A stretch of DNA of 32,000 nucleotides, taken from the NCBI RefSeq assembly GCF_017876815.1, contig NZ_JAGIOS010000003.1:660001-692000 (forward strand), read 5' to 3'. This DNA comes from Sinorhizobium meliloti. GTDB lineage: Bacteria > Pseudomonadota > Alphaproteobacteria > Rhizobiales > Rhizobiaceae. A program made the position numbers and the translations under genes. This document shows positions 1-7,779 of the stretch, piece after piece. Position 1 is the first letter of the stretch. Each line of letters begins with the position of its first letter. The notes below the pieces were generated by a model, which did no database searches, was not told the DNA's origin, and saw nothing but the letters and a program-made list of their open reading frames with translations.

Positions 1-890
1 CGAGGAGCTGTGCGGCCATGCCTTCTCGGCGTCATCGATCTCGGCGATCAACAAGCGGCTGGACGAGAGCCTGAAGGCCTTTGCCGAGCGCTCGCTTCAA
101 GAGCCGTTTGCCTACCTGATTCTCGATGCCCGTTATGAGAAGGTGCGCGAGGCCGGTGTGGTGATGAGCCAGGCGGTGTTGATCGCTGTCGGCATCGACT
201 GGGACGGACGGCGGCAGATCCTGTCGGTCGAGATGGCCGGCCGTGAAAGCCGTTGCGCCTGGAAGGACTTCCTCGTCAGGCTGAAAGGGCGCGGTTTGAA
301 GGGCGTCGAACTGGTGGTCTCCGACGACCATGCCGGTCTCGTCGCGGCAATTGGCGAGGTGATTCCGGAAGCTGCCTGGCAGCGCTGTTACGTGCATTTC
401 CTCAGGAACGCCCTCGATCACCTGCCGCGCAAACATGGCGACGATTGCTTGCAGGAGCTTCGATGGCTCTATGATCGCCGCGACCTTGATGAGGCGAAGG
501 CCGATCTCGCCGCGTGGCTGGGAAAATGGTCGGTCCGCTATCCGCGCCTGACCTCCTGGGTTGAGGAAACCATCGAGCAGACGCTGACCTTCTTTCGTCT
601 GCCGCGCCAGCATCACAAGCACCTCAAGAGCACCAACATGCTGGAACGCCTCAACGAGGAAATCCGCCGCAGAACCTACGTCGTGCGCATCTTTCCCAAT
701 ACCGAGAGCTGCCTACGCCTCGTCCGCGCGCTCGCCGTCGAAACCCACGAAAACTGGATGGAGGCCAATCGCTACATCAACATGGACGACCTGCGAGAGC
801 ACAAGAAACTCGCACTCCGTCAAGCCGCATGACCAGCACGCATGACCGCCCAATTTTGCAGAACTTGACGCACACAACCCTCTCATCCAT
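1..890 (+). mobile_element. Right-hand part of an IS256-family insertion sequence (outer end only estimated)
   Basis: The transposase runs to 832, and IS256-type elements end a few tens of bp after the stop. Candidate terminal sequence: caattttgcagaacttgacgcacacaacc (about 860-888). The other end is off-window, so the inverted repeat cannot be verified. Confidence 0.45.
2..832 (+). CDS. IS256-family (Mutator-type) DDE transposase; N-terminus lies outside the window
   Basis: The frame is open from base 2 (EELCGHAFSASSISAINKRLDESL...LILDARYEKVREAGVV) and runs into the listed 143..832 ORF. The blocks VVSDDHAGL, CYVHFLRN and TNMLERLNEEIRRR are conserved IS256/ISRm3-type transposase motifs. Stop at 830-832. 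Confidence 0.9.
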   Translation, partial: EELCGHAFSASSISAINKRLDESLKAFAERSLQEPFAYLILDARYEKVREAGVVMSQAVLIAVGIDWDGRRQILSVEMAGRESRCAWKDFLVRLKGRGLKGVELVVSDDHAGLVAAIGEVIPEAAWQRCYVHFLRNALDHLPRKHGDDCLQELRWLYDRRDLDEAKADLAAWLGKWSVRYPRLTSWVEETIEQTLTFFRLPRQHHKHLKSTNMLERLNEEIRRRTYVVRIFPNTESCLRLVRALAVETHENWMEANRYINMDDLREHKKLALRQAA

Positions 891-1098
891 TTGTCGGCAG
901 TGATCGCCGAAATTTCCAATCGGGGGCGCCATGACATTTCCACGGGACGAAGCGGTGAACCTCAAGGAAAGGTCAACACCAATGAAACGACGAGCACTTG
1001 TGTTGGTCGAAGGATCAACGGGTAATGGCCTACTAGACGTGCGCATATGCGGACCCTGGACGCGTGGCGACCAGGCATACGACATTGTCCGTCGCTTT

Positions 1099-1114
1099 TG
1101 TCGGCTTTACGACA
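1099..1114 (+). promoter_or_regulatory. NifA upstream activator sequence (TGT-N10-ACA)
   Basis: TGTcggctttacgACA lies about 100 bp upstream of the sigma-54 promoter at 1200-1215, the usual enhancer distance for NifA-dependent promoters. Confidence 0.6.
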
Positions 1115-1199
1115 CAGATTGTTCCTCCAACCGTGCGGCCACTTTCCGATCTAACTCTCTGAAAAACAGCCATTAGCATTATTAGTAACTCCCTCGGCC

Positions 1200-1215
1200 T
1201 GGCACGACTTTTGCA
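1200..1215 (+). promoter_or_regulatory. sigma-54 (RpoN) -24/-12 promoter, nifH type
   Basis: TGGCACgacttTTGCA matches TGGCAC-N5-TTGCA exactly. About 80 bp downstream come a nifH-like Shine-Dalgarno (aaaggaag) and nifH start codons. Confidence 0.85.
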
Positions 1216-1295
1216 CGATCAGCCCTGGGCGCGCATGCTGTTGCGCATTCATGTGTCGGAACAATCGAAATAGTTTAAACAACAAAGGAAGCAAG

Positions 1296-1604
1296 ATGGC
1301 AGCTCCGCGTCAGATCGCGTTCTACGGTAAGGGGGGTATCGGCAAGCCCACGCGGAAGGCTGAGCTGGTAACCGCGCCCATCGAAGATCGCAGCCTCGGC
1401 TCTCCGTCAAAAAACGAGGCGCACTTCCACAGCCGCATGAACGTCATGGCTAACATGCGCGGCGGCCACGGCTTCCGCGTTCCATCCGCAGCTTCAAGGA
1501 AGGCAATTAAACACAAATGGAAAGGTCAACCACTGCCGAAGAAAGCGCTGATTCTGCTTGAAGGCACTAAAATGGGTACTGGTCAGCCGCCAGTGGCGTC
1601 ATGA
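1296..1604 (+). pseudogene. Chimeric ORF1: the first ~18 codons of the nitrogenase iron-protein gene nifH fused to unrelated sequence
   Basis: MAAPRQIAFYGKGGIGK(P)T reproduces the NifH N-terminus up to the start of the P-loop. Similarity then stops (RKAELVTAPIEDRS...), whereas a real NifH is roughly 295 aa. ATG 1296 is preceded by aaaggaag. The track start at 1251 is only an upstream in-frame ATG. Confidence 0.7.
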
Positions 1605-1732
1605 TCAGCGACTCCTCCGACCACCGCTTCGATGCAATGCCGTTTGGCGGTTTCAAATATGACGGCATGGACCGCGAGGGCGTCCGATTTGCCTCTGAGG
1701 ACATGACGCAGCCGAAGGTGGTGTGCATCAAC
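1571..1732 (+). pseudogene. C-terminal remnant of an aldehyde dehydrogenase-family gene
   Basis: [47 protein letters not shown] fits the conserved ALDH C-terminal block (PFGG.K.SG.GREG ... K). The frame opens only after a stop at 1568-1570, and the 400+ aa N-terminal body is absent. Confidence 0.45.
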
Positions 1733-1790
1733 CGCATGAAAACACAGAGCCACGCCTGCTCAAATCCATCCACAACTCAAGGGGCAAAGA

Positions 1791-2669
1791 ATGTTTGAGG
1801 GTTCGATTACCGCGCTTGTCACGCCTTTTGCTGATGATCGCATCGATGAGGTTGCATTGCGCGACCTCGTCGAGTGGCAGATCGAAGAGGGATCCTTCGG
1901 TCTCGTTCCATGCGGGACAACAGGGGAAAGCCCGACGCTCAGCAAATCCGAGCATGAGCAGGTGGTCGAGATCACGATCAAAACCGCAAACGGGCGTGTG
2001 CCCGTCATCGCGGGCGCCGGATCAAACAGCACGGCGGAAGCGATCGCCTTCGTTCGCCATGCGCAGAACGCCGGCGCCGACGGAGTACTGATCGTTTCAC
2101 CCTATTACAACAAGCCCACCCAGGAGGGGATCTACCAGCATTTCAAGGCGATCGATGCTGCGTCTACTGTTCCGATCATCGTCTACAATATCCCTGGCCG
2201 TAGCGCCATTGAAATTCACGTTGAAACGTTGGCCCGCATTTTTGAAGACTGCCCGAATGTGAAGGGCGTCAAGGATGCAACCGGCAACCTGTTGCGCCCG
2301 TCCCTCGAGCGCATGGCCTGCGGGGAAGACTTCAATCTCTTGACCGGTGAAGACGGCACGGCGCTTGGCTATATGGCGCATGGCGGACATGGCTGCATCT
2401 CGGTGACGGCGAATGTCGCACCGGCCCTCTGCGCTGACTTCCAGCAGGCCTGCCTGAACGGCGACTTTGCCGCCGCCTTGAAACTGCAGGACCGTCTGAT
2501 GCCGCTGCACCGGGCGCTTTTTCTTGAAACCAACCCGGCGGGGGCGAAATACGCGCTCCAGCGTCTTGGCCGAATGCGTGGGGATTTGCGCCTACCACTC
2601 GTCACGATCAGTCCTTCCGTTCAAGAAGAGATCGATGACGCGATGCGCCACGCGGGGATCCTTTTATGA
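1791..2669 (+). CDS. mosA: Dihydrodipicolinate synthase-family protein (DapA paralogue, MosA-type), apparently intact
   Basis: 292 aa. Motifs: [31 protein letters not shown] and KDATGN (the Schiff-base Lys region). SD aagggg lies 7 nt before the ATG. The context (nifH promoter/ORF1 upstream, DegT-like gene downstream) matches the published mos locus layout. Confidence 0.85.
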   Translation: MFEGSITALVTPFADDRIDEVALRDLVEWQIEEGSFGLVPCGTTGESPTLSKSEHEQVVEITIKTANGRVPVIAGAGSNSTAEAIAFVRHAQNAGADGVLIVSPYYNKPTQEGIYQHFKAIDAASTVPIIVYNIPGRSAIEIHVETLARIFEDCPNVKGVKDATGNLLRPSLERMACGEDFNLLTGEDGTALGYMAHGGHGCISVTANVAPALCADFQQACLNGDFAAALKLQDRLMPLHRALFLETNPAGAKYALQRLGRMRGDLRLPLVTISPSVQEEIDDAMRHAGILL

Positions 2670-2742
2670 TGGACAACGCAAGATTTGCTGAACGCATCGA
2701 GATGGTTCTTATCGGACCGAACAACCAGCGAAGAAAACAAGG

Positions 2743-2758
2743 TGGCACCTGCATGGGA
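2743..2758 (+). promoter_or_regulatory. Degenerate sigma-54-like -24/-12 element (possible fixA-promoter remnant)
   Basis: TGGCACctgcaTGGGA has a perfect -24 half, but the -12 half lacks the GC dinucleotide. It lies ~20 bp upstream of the fixA-like ATG at 2779. Confidence 0.2.
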
Positions 2759-2778
2759 TTGGATTCTGGAGAAACACC

Positions 2779-2924
2779 ATGCACCTCGTAGTCTGTATCA
2801 AGCAGGTGCCGGTTACAGCGCAGACACGCGTCCACCTCGCACGAACACGGTCATGCGGCGGCAGATGCTGCGGACCTCCACCCTTTCGGGTGACACATTC
2901 ATTCACTTTACACCGGAGACTTGA
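2779..2924 (+). pseudogene. fixA: 5' fragment of fixA (electron-transfer flavoprotein beta subunit), frameshifted
   Basis: MHLVVCIKQVP..AQ.RVH is the FixA/EtfB N-terminus. The next conserved block (NTVMRRQ, compare NTIMRQG) appears in a different frame (ORF 2685..2924). The rest of a ~280-aa FixA is absent. Confidence 0.6.
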
Positions 2925-3080
2925 AGCCGTTGCTGACAGGAAATTGAACACGCCAGAAGGATATGGTGAGGCTACCGGACACATGCGAGCTCATCCAAGC
3001 CGCTTGTCGGGACATGGGGGTAATATGCCGCCGCTCGCGGGATGACTGAACTGCCACTGGTCTGACAGAACGGACAGATA

Positions 3081-4062
3081 ATGAAACTCACAATTCGCAT
3101 AAACGGCGACGTCTTGTCAGCGTATATCCCTAAGAAGGACCTGGAGGAGCCGATCATCTCGGTGGAGGATGAAGCCTTGTGGGGCGGCTCGATATTGCTG
3201 AGGAACGGCTGGCGGCTGGCCCTGCCCCACCTTCCGCAGGAAGCTCGCCTGCCGGTTACCGTCGAGGCAAGAAGAATGTCCGGCCGGCTTGATCGAGGTG
3301 CGCATGAAAAACCCGATCGGATGACGAGGATCGGTGAGATCTCAAGCTCCCAAAATGCCGCTGCAATGCTAGCCGAGAACCAAAAGATGCATCCATGGCC
3401 GGCTCTAACGAGAACCGCTTACGAGGATGTCGCCGCATGTATCTCTTCCGGAGAATTATCCGGATCGGGACTGGGCATTATCAATGCGTTCGAGCGGCGC
3501 ATGGAGGAATGGATCGGCGGCGGTTATGTGGTCTCGGCAAGTAGCGGCACAGCCGCCCTGACAGTGGCGCTCATAGCTCTCGGCATCCACCCGGGGGACG
3601 TTGTGCTTCTGCCTTCCTATACCTGGGCTGCCACAGGAGTGGCACCGCTACGTATTGGAGCGATCCCCCGTTTCGTCGACATTGATCCGAATTCCTACAA
3701 CATCTCTCGCGTTGGCGGCTGCGATCACACCGGACGTCAAGGCAATCATCGTGGTCCACATGCACGGCACTAGCTGCGACATGGATGAGATTATTTGCCA
3801 TGCGCGAGAGCAGGGCATTGCGGTCATCGAGGACTGCGTTCAGGCTCATGGCGCACTCTACAAGGGGCAACATGTTGGGCTTCTGTCCGACATCGGATGC
3901 TTCAGCATGCAAAAGAGCAAGCACCTGTCCGCGGGCGATGGCGGATTCATGGTGACAAGCAAGCAAGGTGCGCTGTCATTGAACCCACACGTCCCGAGTT
4001 CATCGAGACGTCATCATGTTGAGGACAGCAGATCGTCAGGCCGTGTGTTCTTGAAATTGTAA
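3081..4062 (+). pseudogene. mosB: mosB-like fusion of a NifT/FixU domain to a DegT/DnrJ/EryC1/StrS-family PLP aminotransferase; frameshifted and 3'-truncated
   Basis: Residues 1-~70 (MKLTIRINGDVLSAYIPKKDLEEPIISVEDEALWGGSILLRNGWRLALP...LPVTVEARRM) are NifT/FixU-like. The DegT blocks follow (SASSGTAALTVALIALGIHPGDVVLLPSYTWAAT, FVDIDPNSYNIS). The reading frame switches near 3705-3712 into ORF 3601..4062 (AITPDVKAIIVVHMHG...CFSMQKSKHLSAGDGGFMVT, the PLP-Lys region). Similarity ends about 3965, so roughly half of a normal DegT domain is missing. Confidence 0.7.
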
Positions 4063-4082
4063 TCGCATAGAATGGAACAGCG

Positions 4083-5090
4083 ATGGAATTGAAACGCCCC
4101 TTTTTATTGTTCCTCGGAGACGCGGCCGACGACCTGGCTGTCAAGACAGCAGCCGGCATCGCACACTGGCGCAAAAGCTGGTGCGTCGGCCAATGGAGGC
4201 TCAGCGGGTGCAAGGCCGATGTCCACCTGAATGACATGTCGCCGAGCGACGCGAAAGCCCAGGGGGCCGAAACCATGATTGTCGCCGTAGCCAATGCGGG
4301 CGGCATCCTCAAGGAAAGCTGGATGAGCAGCATCGTTGAGGCGTTGGAGGCCGGACTCGATGTCGCCTCCGGCCTCCATGTGACACTTGAGGCTATTCCG
4401 GCAATTGCTGCTGCAGCCAAGCGCAACGGGCGCAGCCTTCACAACGTGCGCATCCCCGATCGCGCATTTTCGACGGGCAAGGGCACCAAACGTCGTGGCA
4501 ATCGCCTCCTGACAGTCGGAACCGACTGCTCCGTCGGAAAGAAGTACACCGCGCTCAGTCTTGAAGCCGCGATGCGCGCTAAGGGCTGGGATGCTGACTT
4601 CCGCGCCACTGGCCAAACCGGCATATTCATTTCCGGGCGGGGGGTTGCCGTCGATGCAGTGGTGGCCGATTTCATCTCGGGCGCCGCAGAGTGGATTAGT
4701 CCCGACGCGGAAACCGACTGTCATTGGGATCTCGTCGAGGGTCAGGGCTCCCTCTTCCACCCGAGCTTCGCTGGCGTCTCCCTTGGCCTCTTACATGGAT
4801 CGCAGCCCGACGTATTCGTAGTCTGTCACGAACCGACGCGCAAGACCATGCGTGGCGTGCAGGCACCGATACCAACCATCCGCGATGTCATCGACCTGAC
4901 GATTGCATGCGGACGGCTGACGAACCCTTTCATCAAATGTGTAGGCATCGCCGCCAATACCGAGGCCCTTAACGAAAAGGAGGCCCGCGACTATCTGGCG
5001 TCTCTGACCAGGGAATACGATCTTCCGGCCACGGACCCGCTCAGGTTCGGTGTCGACGTTATCCTGGAGAGGATCCAATATCAGCGGTGA
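4083..5090 (+). CDS. DUF1611-family protein (DgcN-like putative N-acetyltransferase)
   Basis: 335 aa. The blocks LLTVGTDCSVGKKYTALSL, ATGQTGIFISGRGVAVDAVVADFISGAAE, VEGQGSLFHPSFAGVSLGLLHGSQPD and ATDPLRFG are characteristic of DUF1611. Confidence 0.75.
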   Translation: MELKRPFLLFLGDAADDLAVKTAAGIAHWRKSWCVGQWRLSGCKADVHLNDMSPSDAKAQGAETMIVAVANAGGILKESWMSSIVEALEAGLDVASGLHVTLEAIPAIAAAAKRNGRSLHNVRIPDRAFSTGKGTKRRGNRLLTVGTDCSVGKKYTALSLEAAMRAKGWDADFRATGQTGIFISGRGVAVDAVVADFISGAAEWISPDAETDCHWDLVEGQGSLFHPSFAGVSLGLLHGSQPDVFVVCHEPTRKTMRGVQAPIPTIRDVIDLTIACGRLTNPFIKCVGIAANTEALNEKEARDYLASLTREYDLPATDPLRFGVDVILERIQYQR

Positions 5091-5309
5091 TGGTGGCGTG
5101 GATCTGGACGGCGGCATCGCTTAGGCCCATGCGCGGGCAATGCCACGCGACGCTCACGCCGGGAAGGCTTTCAAAGCGCATCCGTGCGCTCGCTGCACAA
5201 AAGCGAACTGGCACGGTTTGTGCCATTTATCCCCACGAGGCACCACGAGGGGCTGCGGCGATGCCGTTCCCTTTAACCCGAGTGTCTCGTCCTAGTTGGA
5301 GACCAAGCT

Positions 5310-6003
5310 ATGTCATACAAAACACTTCCAACGAGTGCTCCAGTCTTGCAAATGGACTCTCTGGCGCCTGCACTCAAAGTGCGGGACTGGATACGTGGCA
5401 AATCCTTGCGAGCTTCCAGCCGGGCAAATTGTACATCCGCGAGTTTTGTGGAACCTCGTGTGAATCTTGTGAGGGTGCGATGCACAATCTGATAGAGCTG
5501 CAGGAGACTTACAAGAACAGTGGAGTTGGGGCCGTCGCAGTTGTGGCAGAAGAAAGCGCTGCATTCGTCGGGGAGGCTCTGGACTTTGGGACGCGTGGTG
5601 GGCCGGTTCCCGAAGTCGAACCTGCGGGTCGCGCTCGACGACACAGGCACAATGAACACGGTTTGATGGAGGCGAGTTTTTCTGTCGAGATCCCGAAGGC
5701 GTTGGTGGTCGACCGAGACGGCTACATCGCCTCTATCGGCCATCCGAACGACCTGCATGGCGTTCTATGCTTGATGGCACCTGGCGCACCAGCGCTCAAG
5801 CGAAAGCCGCCGAAAGGGAGCGGATCGCCGAAGATGAACCAAAAGCGGCCAAGGAAGCATCGAAGAAGCAGATCAAGGCAAATTTGGCGGCAGCGGAGGA
5901 GATAGAGGATTTGAACACGGCGCTTGATGCGATCGAAGAGGGCGTCGCCCTTGATCCGGTTAACTTTTTTCCGCGAGGCTCATGTCCACCTGCTGCTCCA
6001 TGA
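5310..6003 (+). pseudogene. Thioredoxin-fold (TlpA/redoxin-like) thiol:disulfide oxidoreductase gene with at least two frameshifts and a degraded CXXC motif
   Basis: Homology runs through three frames. ORF 5310: APALKVRDWIRGKSL. ORF 5087 frame: GKLYIREFCGTSCESC...LIELQETYKNSGVGAVAV...IPKALVVDRDGYIASIGHPNDL. ORF 5767 frame: LDGTW... . The expected FWATWCGPC motif reads FCGTSCESC. Confidence 0.55.
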
Positions 6004-6283
6004 AAATGCACGACAGGCAGGCCGGTCTGCCCGCGCTACGCCAATCGATTCGCGGCGCAATCAACACAAACAACGAGTTAATGTTGACGGTGGCATCTTT
6101 CCGACTCTTCAACCCGGCACCCCTGCACCGGCTCTGGCATGCGCTTTATGTCCATCGGCTGAACCCCAGCGAACAAGGGCATTGCCGAGCTCGACGTGCT
6201 GGCCGAGGGTTGGCGCAAACATGCGGTGTGGCGGCAGGAGAGCGGCCGGGTCGAGGACTGGCGCAAGAGACTGGAGGGCACCG

Positions 6284-7135
6284 ATGACTCCTCCCCCTTT
6301 CGTGATTTCCATCCAGAGCCAGGTCGTATTTGGTCATGTCGGCAATTCGGCAGCCCTGTTCCCCATGCAGGCGGCGGGGCTGGAAGTGGCGGCAATTCCG
6401 ACGGTGATCTTTTCGAATACGCCCAATTACCCAACTCAGCACGGACGTGCGCTGCCGCCCGAGTTCTTTTCGGATCTGTTGCAGGGCGCACGGGAACGGG
6501 GCCTGACAGAACGGGCGGATTTTATCCTGACGGGCTATATCGGCTCGCTCGACGTGGCGCTGATGGTGGCGGATTTCGTGGCGGAGGCAAAGGCCGTGAA
6601 CCCAGCCCTCATATACCTCTGCGACCCGGTGATGGGCGATACGGACCCTGGCCTCTATGTGCCGGAAGCCATTGCCGACGTGATGCGTGACCGGTTGCTG
6701 CCGATGGCCGACATCGCAACACCGAACCCGTTCGAACTGAGTTGGTTGACCGAGCGAAAAGTCGCGACTACTTGGGACCTGGAAGCGGCACGACAGATTT
6801 TGCGCTTTGCGCCAGAGGCTCAATTGATCACCACCGGCTGCGCGCTGGAAGATACCACTCCTGGTCAGATCGAAAGCGTCATCCTGGGGCCCGAGGGTAT
6901 CATCAGCCGCCATCCGACGAAGCGTCTCCCAATCGGCCTGCCTGGCACTGGTGATCTCTTCGCCGGATTGATAGTCGCGGGGCTGGCGCGCGGGGTGCCC
7001 CTGCCCCGCGCAGTCGAGATTGCGCAGAACCTCACCTCCCGCGCACTAGATCACGCCAATGCACTTGGCGCCGGTGAAGTAGTCCTCAGCGAGCCAGAAT
7101 TCCGCCGCGCGCTTGTGGCGCTCGATCCAAATTGA
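6284..7135 (+). CDS. pdxY: Pyridoxal/pyridoxamine kinase (PdxY/PdxK family, ribokinase superfamily)
   Basis: IQSQVVFGHVGNSAALFPMQAAG..., ILTGYIGS, YLCDPVMGD and LPGTGDLFAGL are typical pyridoxal kinase blocks. ATG 6284 is preceded by ggaggg. The 120-codon upstream extension of the track ORF (5924) shows no family similarity. Confidence 0.85.
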   Translation: MTPPPFVISIQSQVVFGHVGNSAALFPMQAAGLEVAAIPTVIFSNTPNYPTQHGRALPPEFFSDLLQGARERGLTERADFILTGYIGSLDVALMVADFVAEAKAVNPALIYLCDPVMGDTDPGLYVPEAIADVMRDRLLPMADIATPNPFELSWLTERKVATTWDLEAARQILRFAPEAQLITTGCALEDTTPGQIESVILGPEGIISRHPTKRLPIGLPGTGDLFAGLIVAGLARGVPLPRAVEIAQNLTSRALDHANALGAGEVVLSEPEFRRALVALDPN

Positions 7136-7434
7136 GCTCCGTGGCACCCTCATGGCAACGGATCCAACGTCATCGTCAACCGTTGCATGCAAGTTGCAGA
7201 TCAGGAGATCGCTTGCGAACTTTCCGCGCAGCTCAAGTGAAGCCACGCAAATTGAAACGGTTTCAGGGAGAAGGCGGCGATTGGAAGATGATAGCGGCAA
7301 GAGATTGTCGATGAGCGTGACGCCGGGGCAACGGGGACTGTGCAGTAAATGCCCTTCTAACCGTTCCGCCTATGAGGAAGACCCATTCTTTCGGGATGCC
7401 GCTGCTCGTGAGCTCTAGCAGGCCGTTGAAGAAG

Positions 7435-7779
7435 TCAGTCGCGTTCGCAGACGAAGCCTGAATCGTCTCCGTTGTGGACGTAGAAGTGCCCGACAAGTCG
7501 TCCGGCGGAGCCGAGAGCTGCCCATCCGCGACCACAGACCCGGTCGCTCTCGTCTTGTCCCTCCCATGAGAACTCCGCACAGGCTGATCCATCGCGTGCG
7601 CCGTAGCGGACATCGAGAAAGCCCTTGAGCGCGACGAACGCGATTTCGCCGTCCGCCGTGCCCTGGAATGTCAGATGCGCCTCTTCGACGAGATCGAGGA
7701 CGTCGTTGTCCCAGTTGTCCATCTCGACGATGCGCCAACGACCGGCGAAGGCCTTGGCGAAGGGAGAAACTCTCGCCAT
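7435..7779 (-). CDS. 114-aa passenger ORF of unknown function inside the IS5-family element
   Basis: Its ATG overlaps the transposase stop (ctgATGg, TGATG overlap at 7779). Its stop (7435-7437) lies inside the terminal inverted repeat. No family recognised (MARVSPFAKAFAGRWRIVEMDNWDNDVLDLVEE...SWEGQDESDRVCGRGWA...GHFYVHNGDDSGFVCERD). Confidence 0.55.
   Translation of the reverse strand: MARVSPFAKAFAGRWRIVEMDNWDNDVLDLVEEAHLTFQGTADGEIAFVALKGFLDVRYGARDGSACAEFSWEGQDESDRVCGRGWAALGSAGRLVGHFYVHNGDDSGFVCERD

Noticed and set aside
1251-1295. Upstream ATG (1251) as the start of ORF1
   Set aside because: The nifH-type SD (aaaggaag) and the NifH N-terminal sequence begin at ATG 1296. The 15 upstream codons fall in what corresponds to the nifH leader.
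5924-6283. 120-codon N-terminal extension of the pyridoxal kinase ORF
   Set aside because: The extension (MMRSKRASPLIRLTFF...) has no kinase similarity. Family alignment begins at MTPPPFVISIQSQ, and ATG 6284 has its own ggaggg SD.
4104-6913. Minus-strand ORFs 4104..4760 and 6146..6913
   Set aside because: They are antisense to the DUF1611 and pyridoxal kinase genes, and no family was recognised.
7140-7155. Sigma-54-like motif TGGCACcctcaTGGCA just after the pdxY stop
   Set aside because: It has correct GG-N10-GC spacing, but there is no NifA/NtrC-type enhancer, no credible downstream gene before the IS at 7419, and one mismatch in the -12 box. It is likely a chance match.
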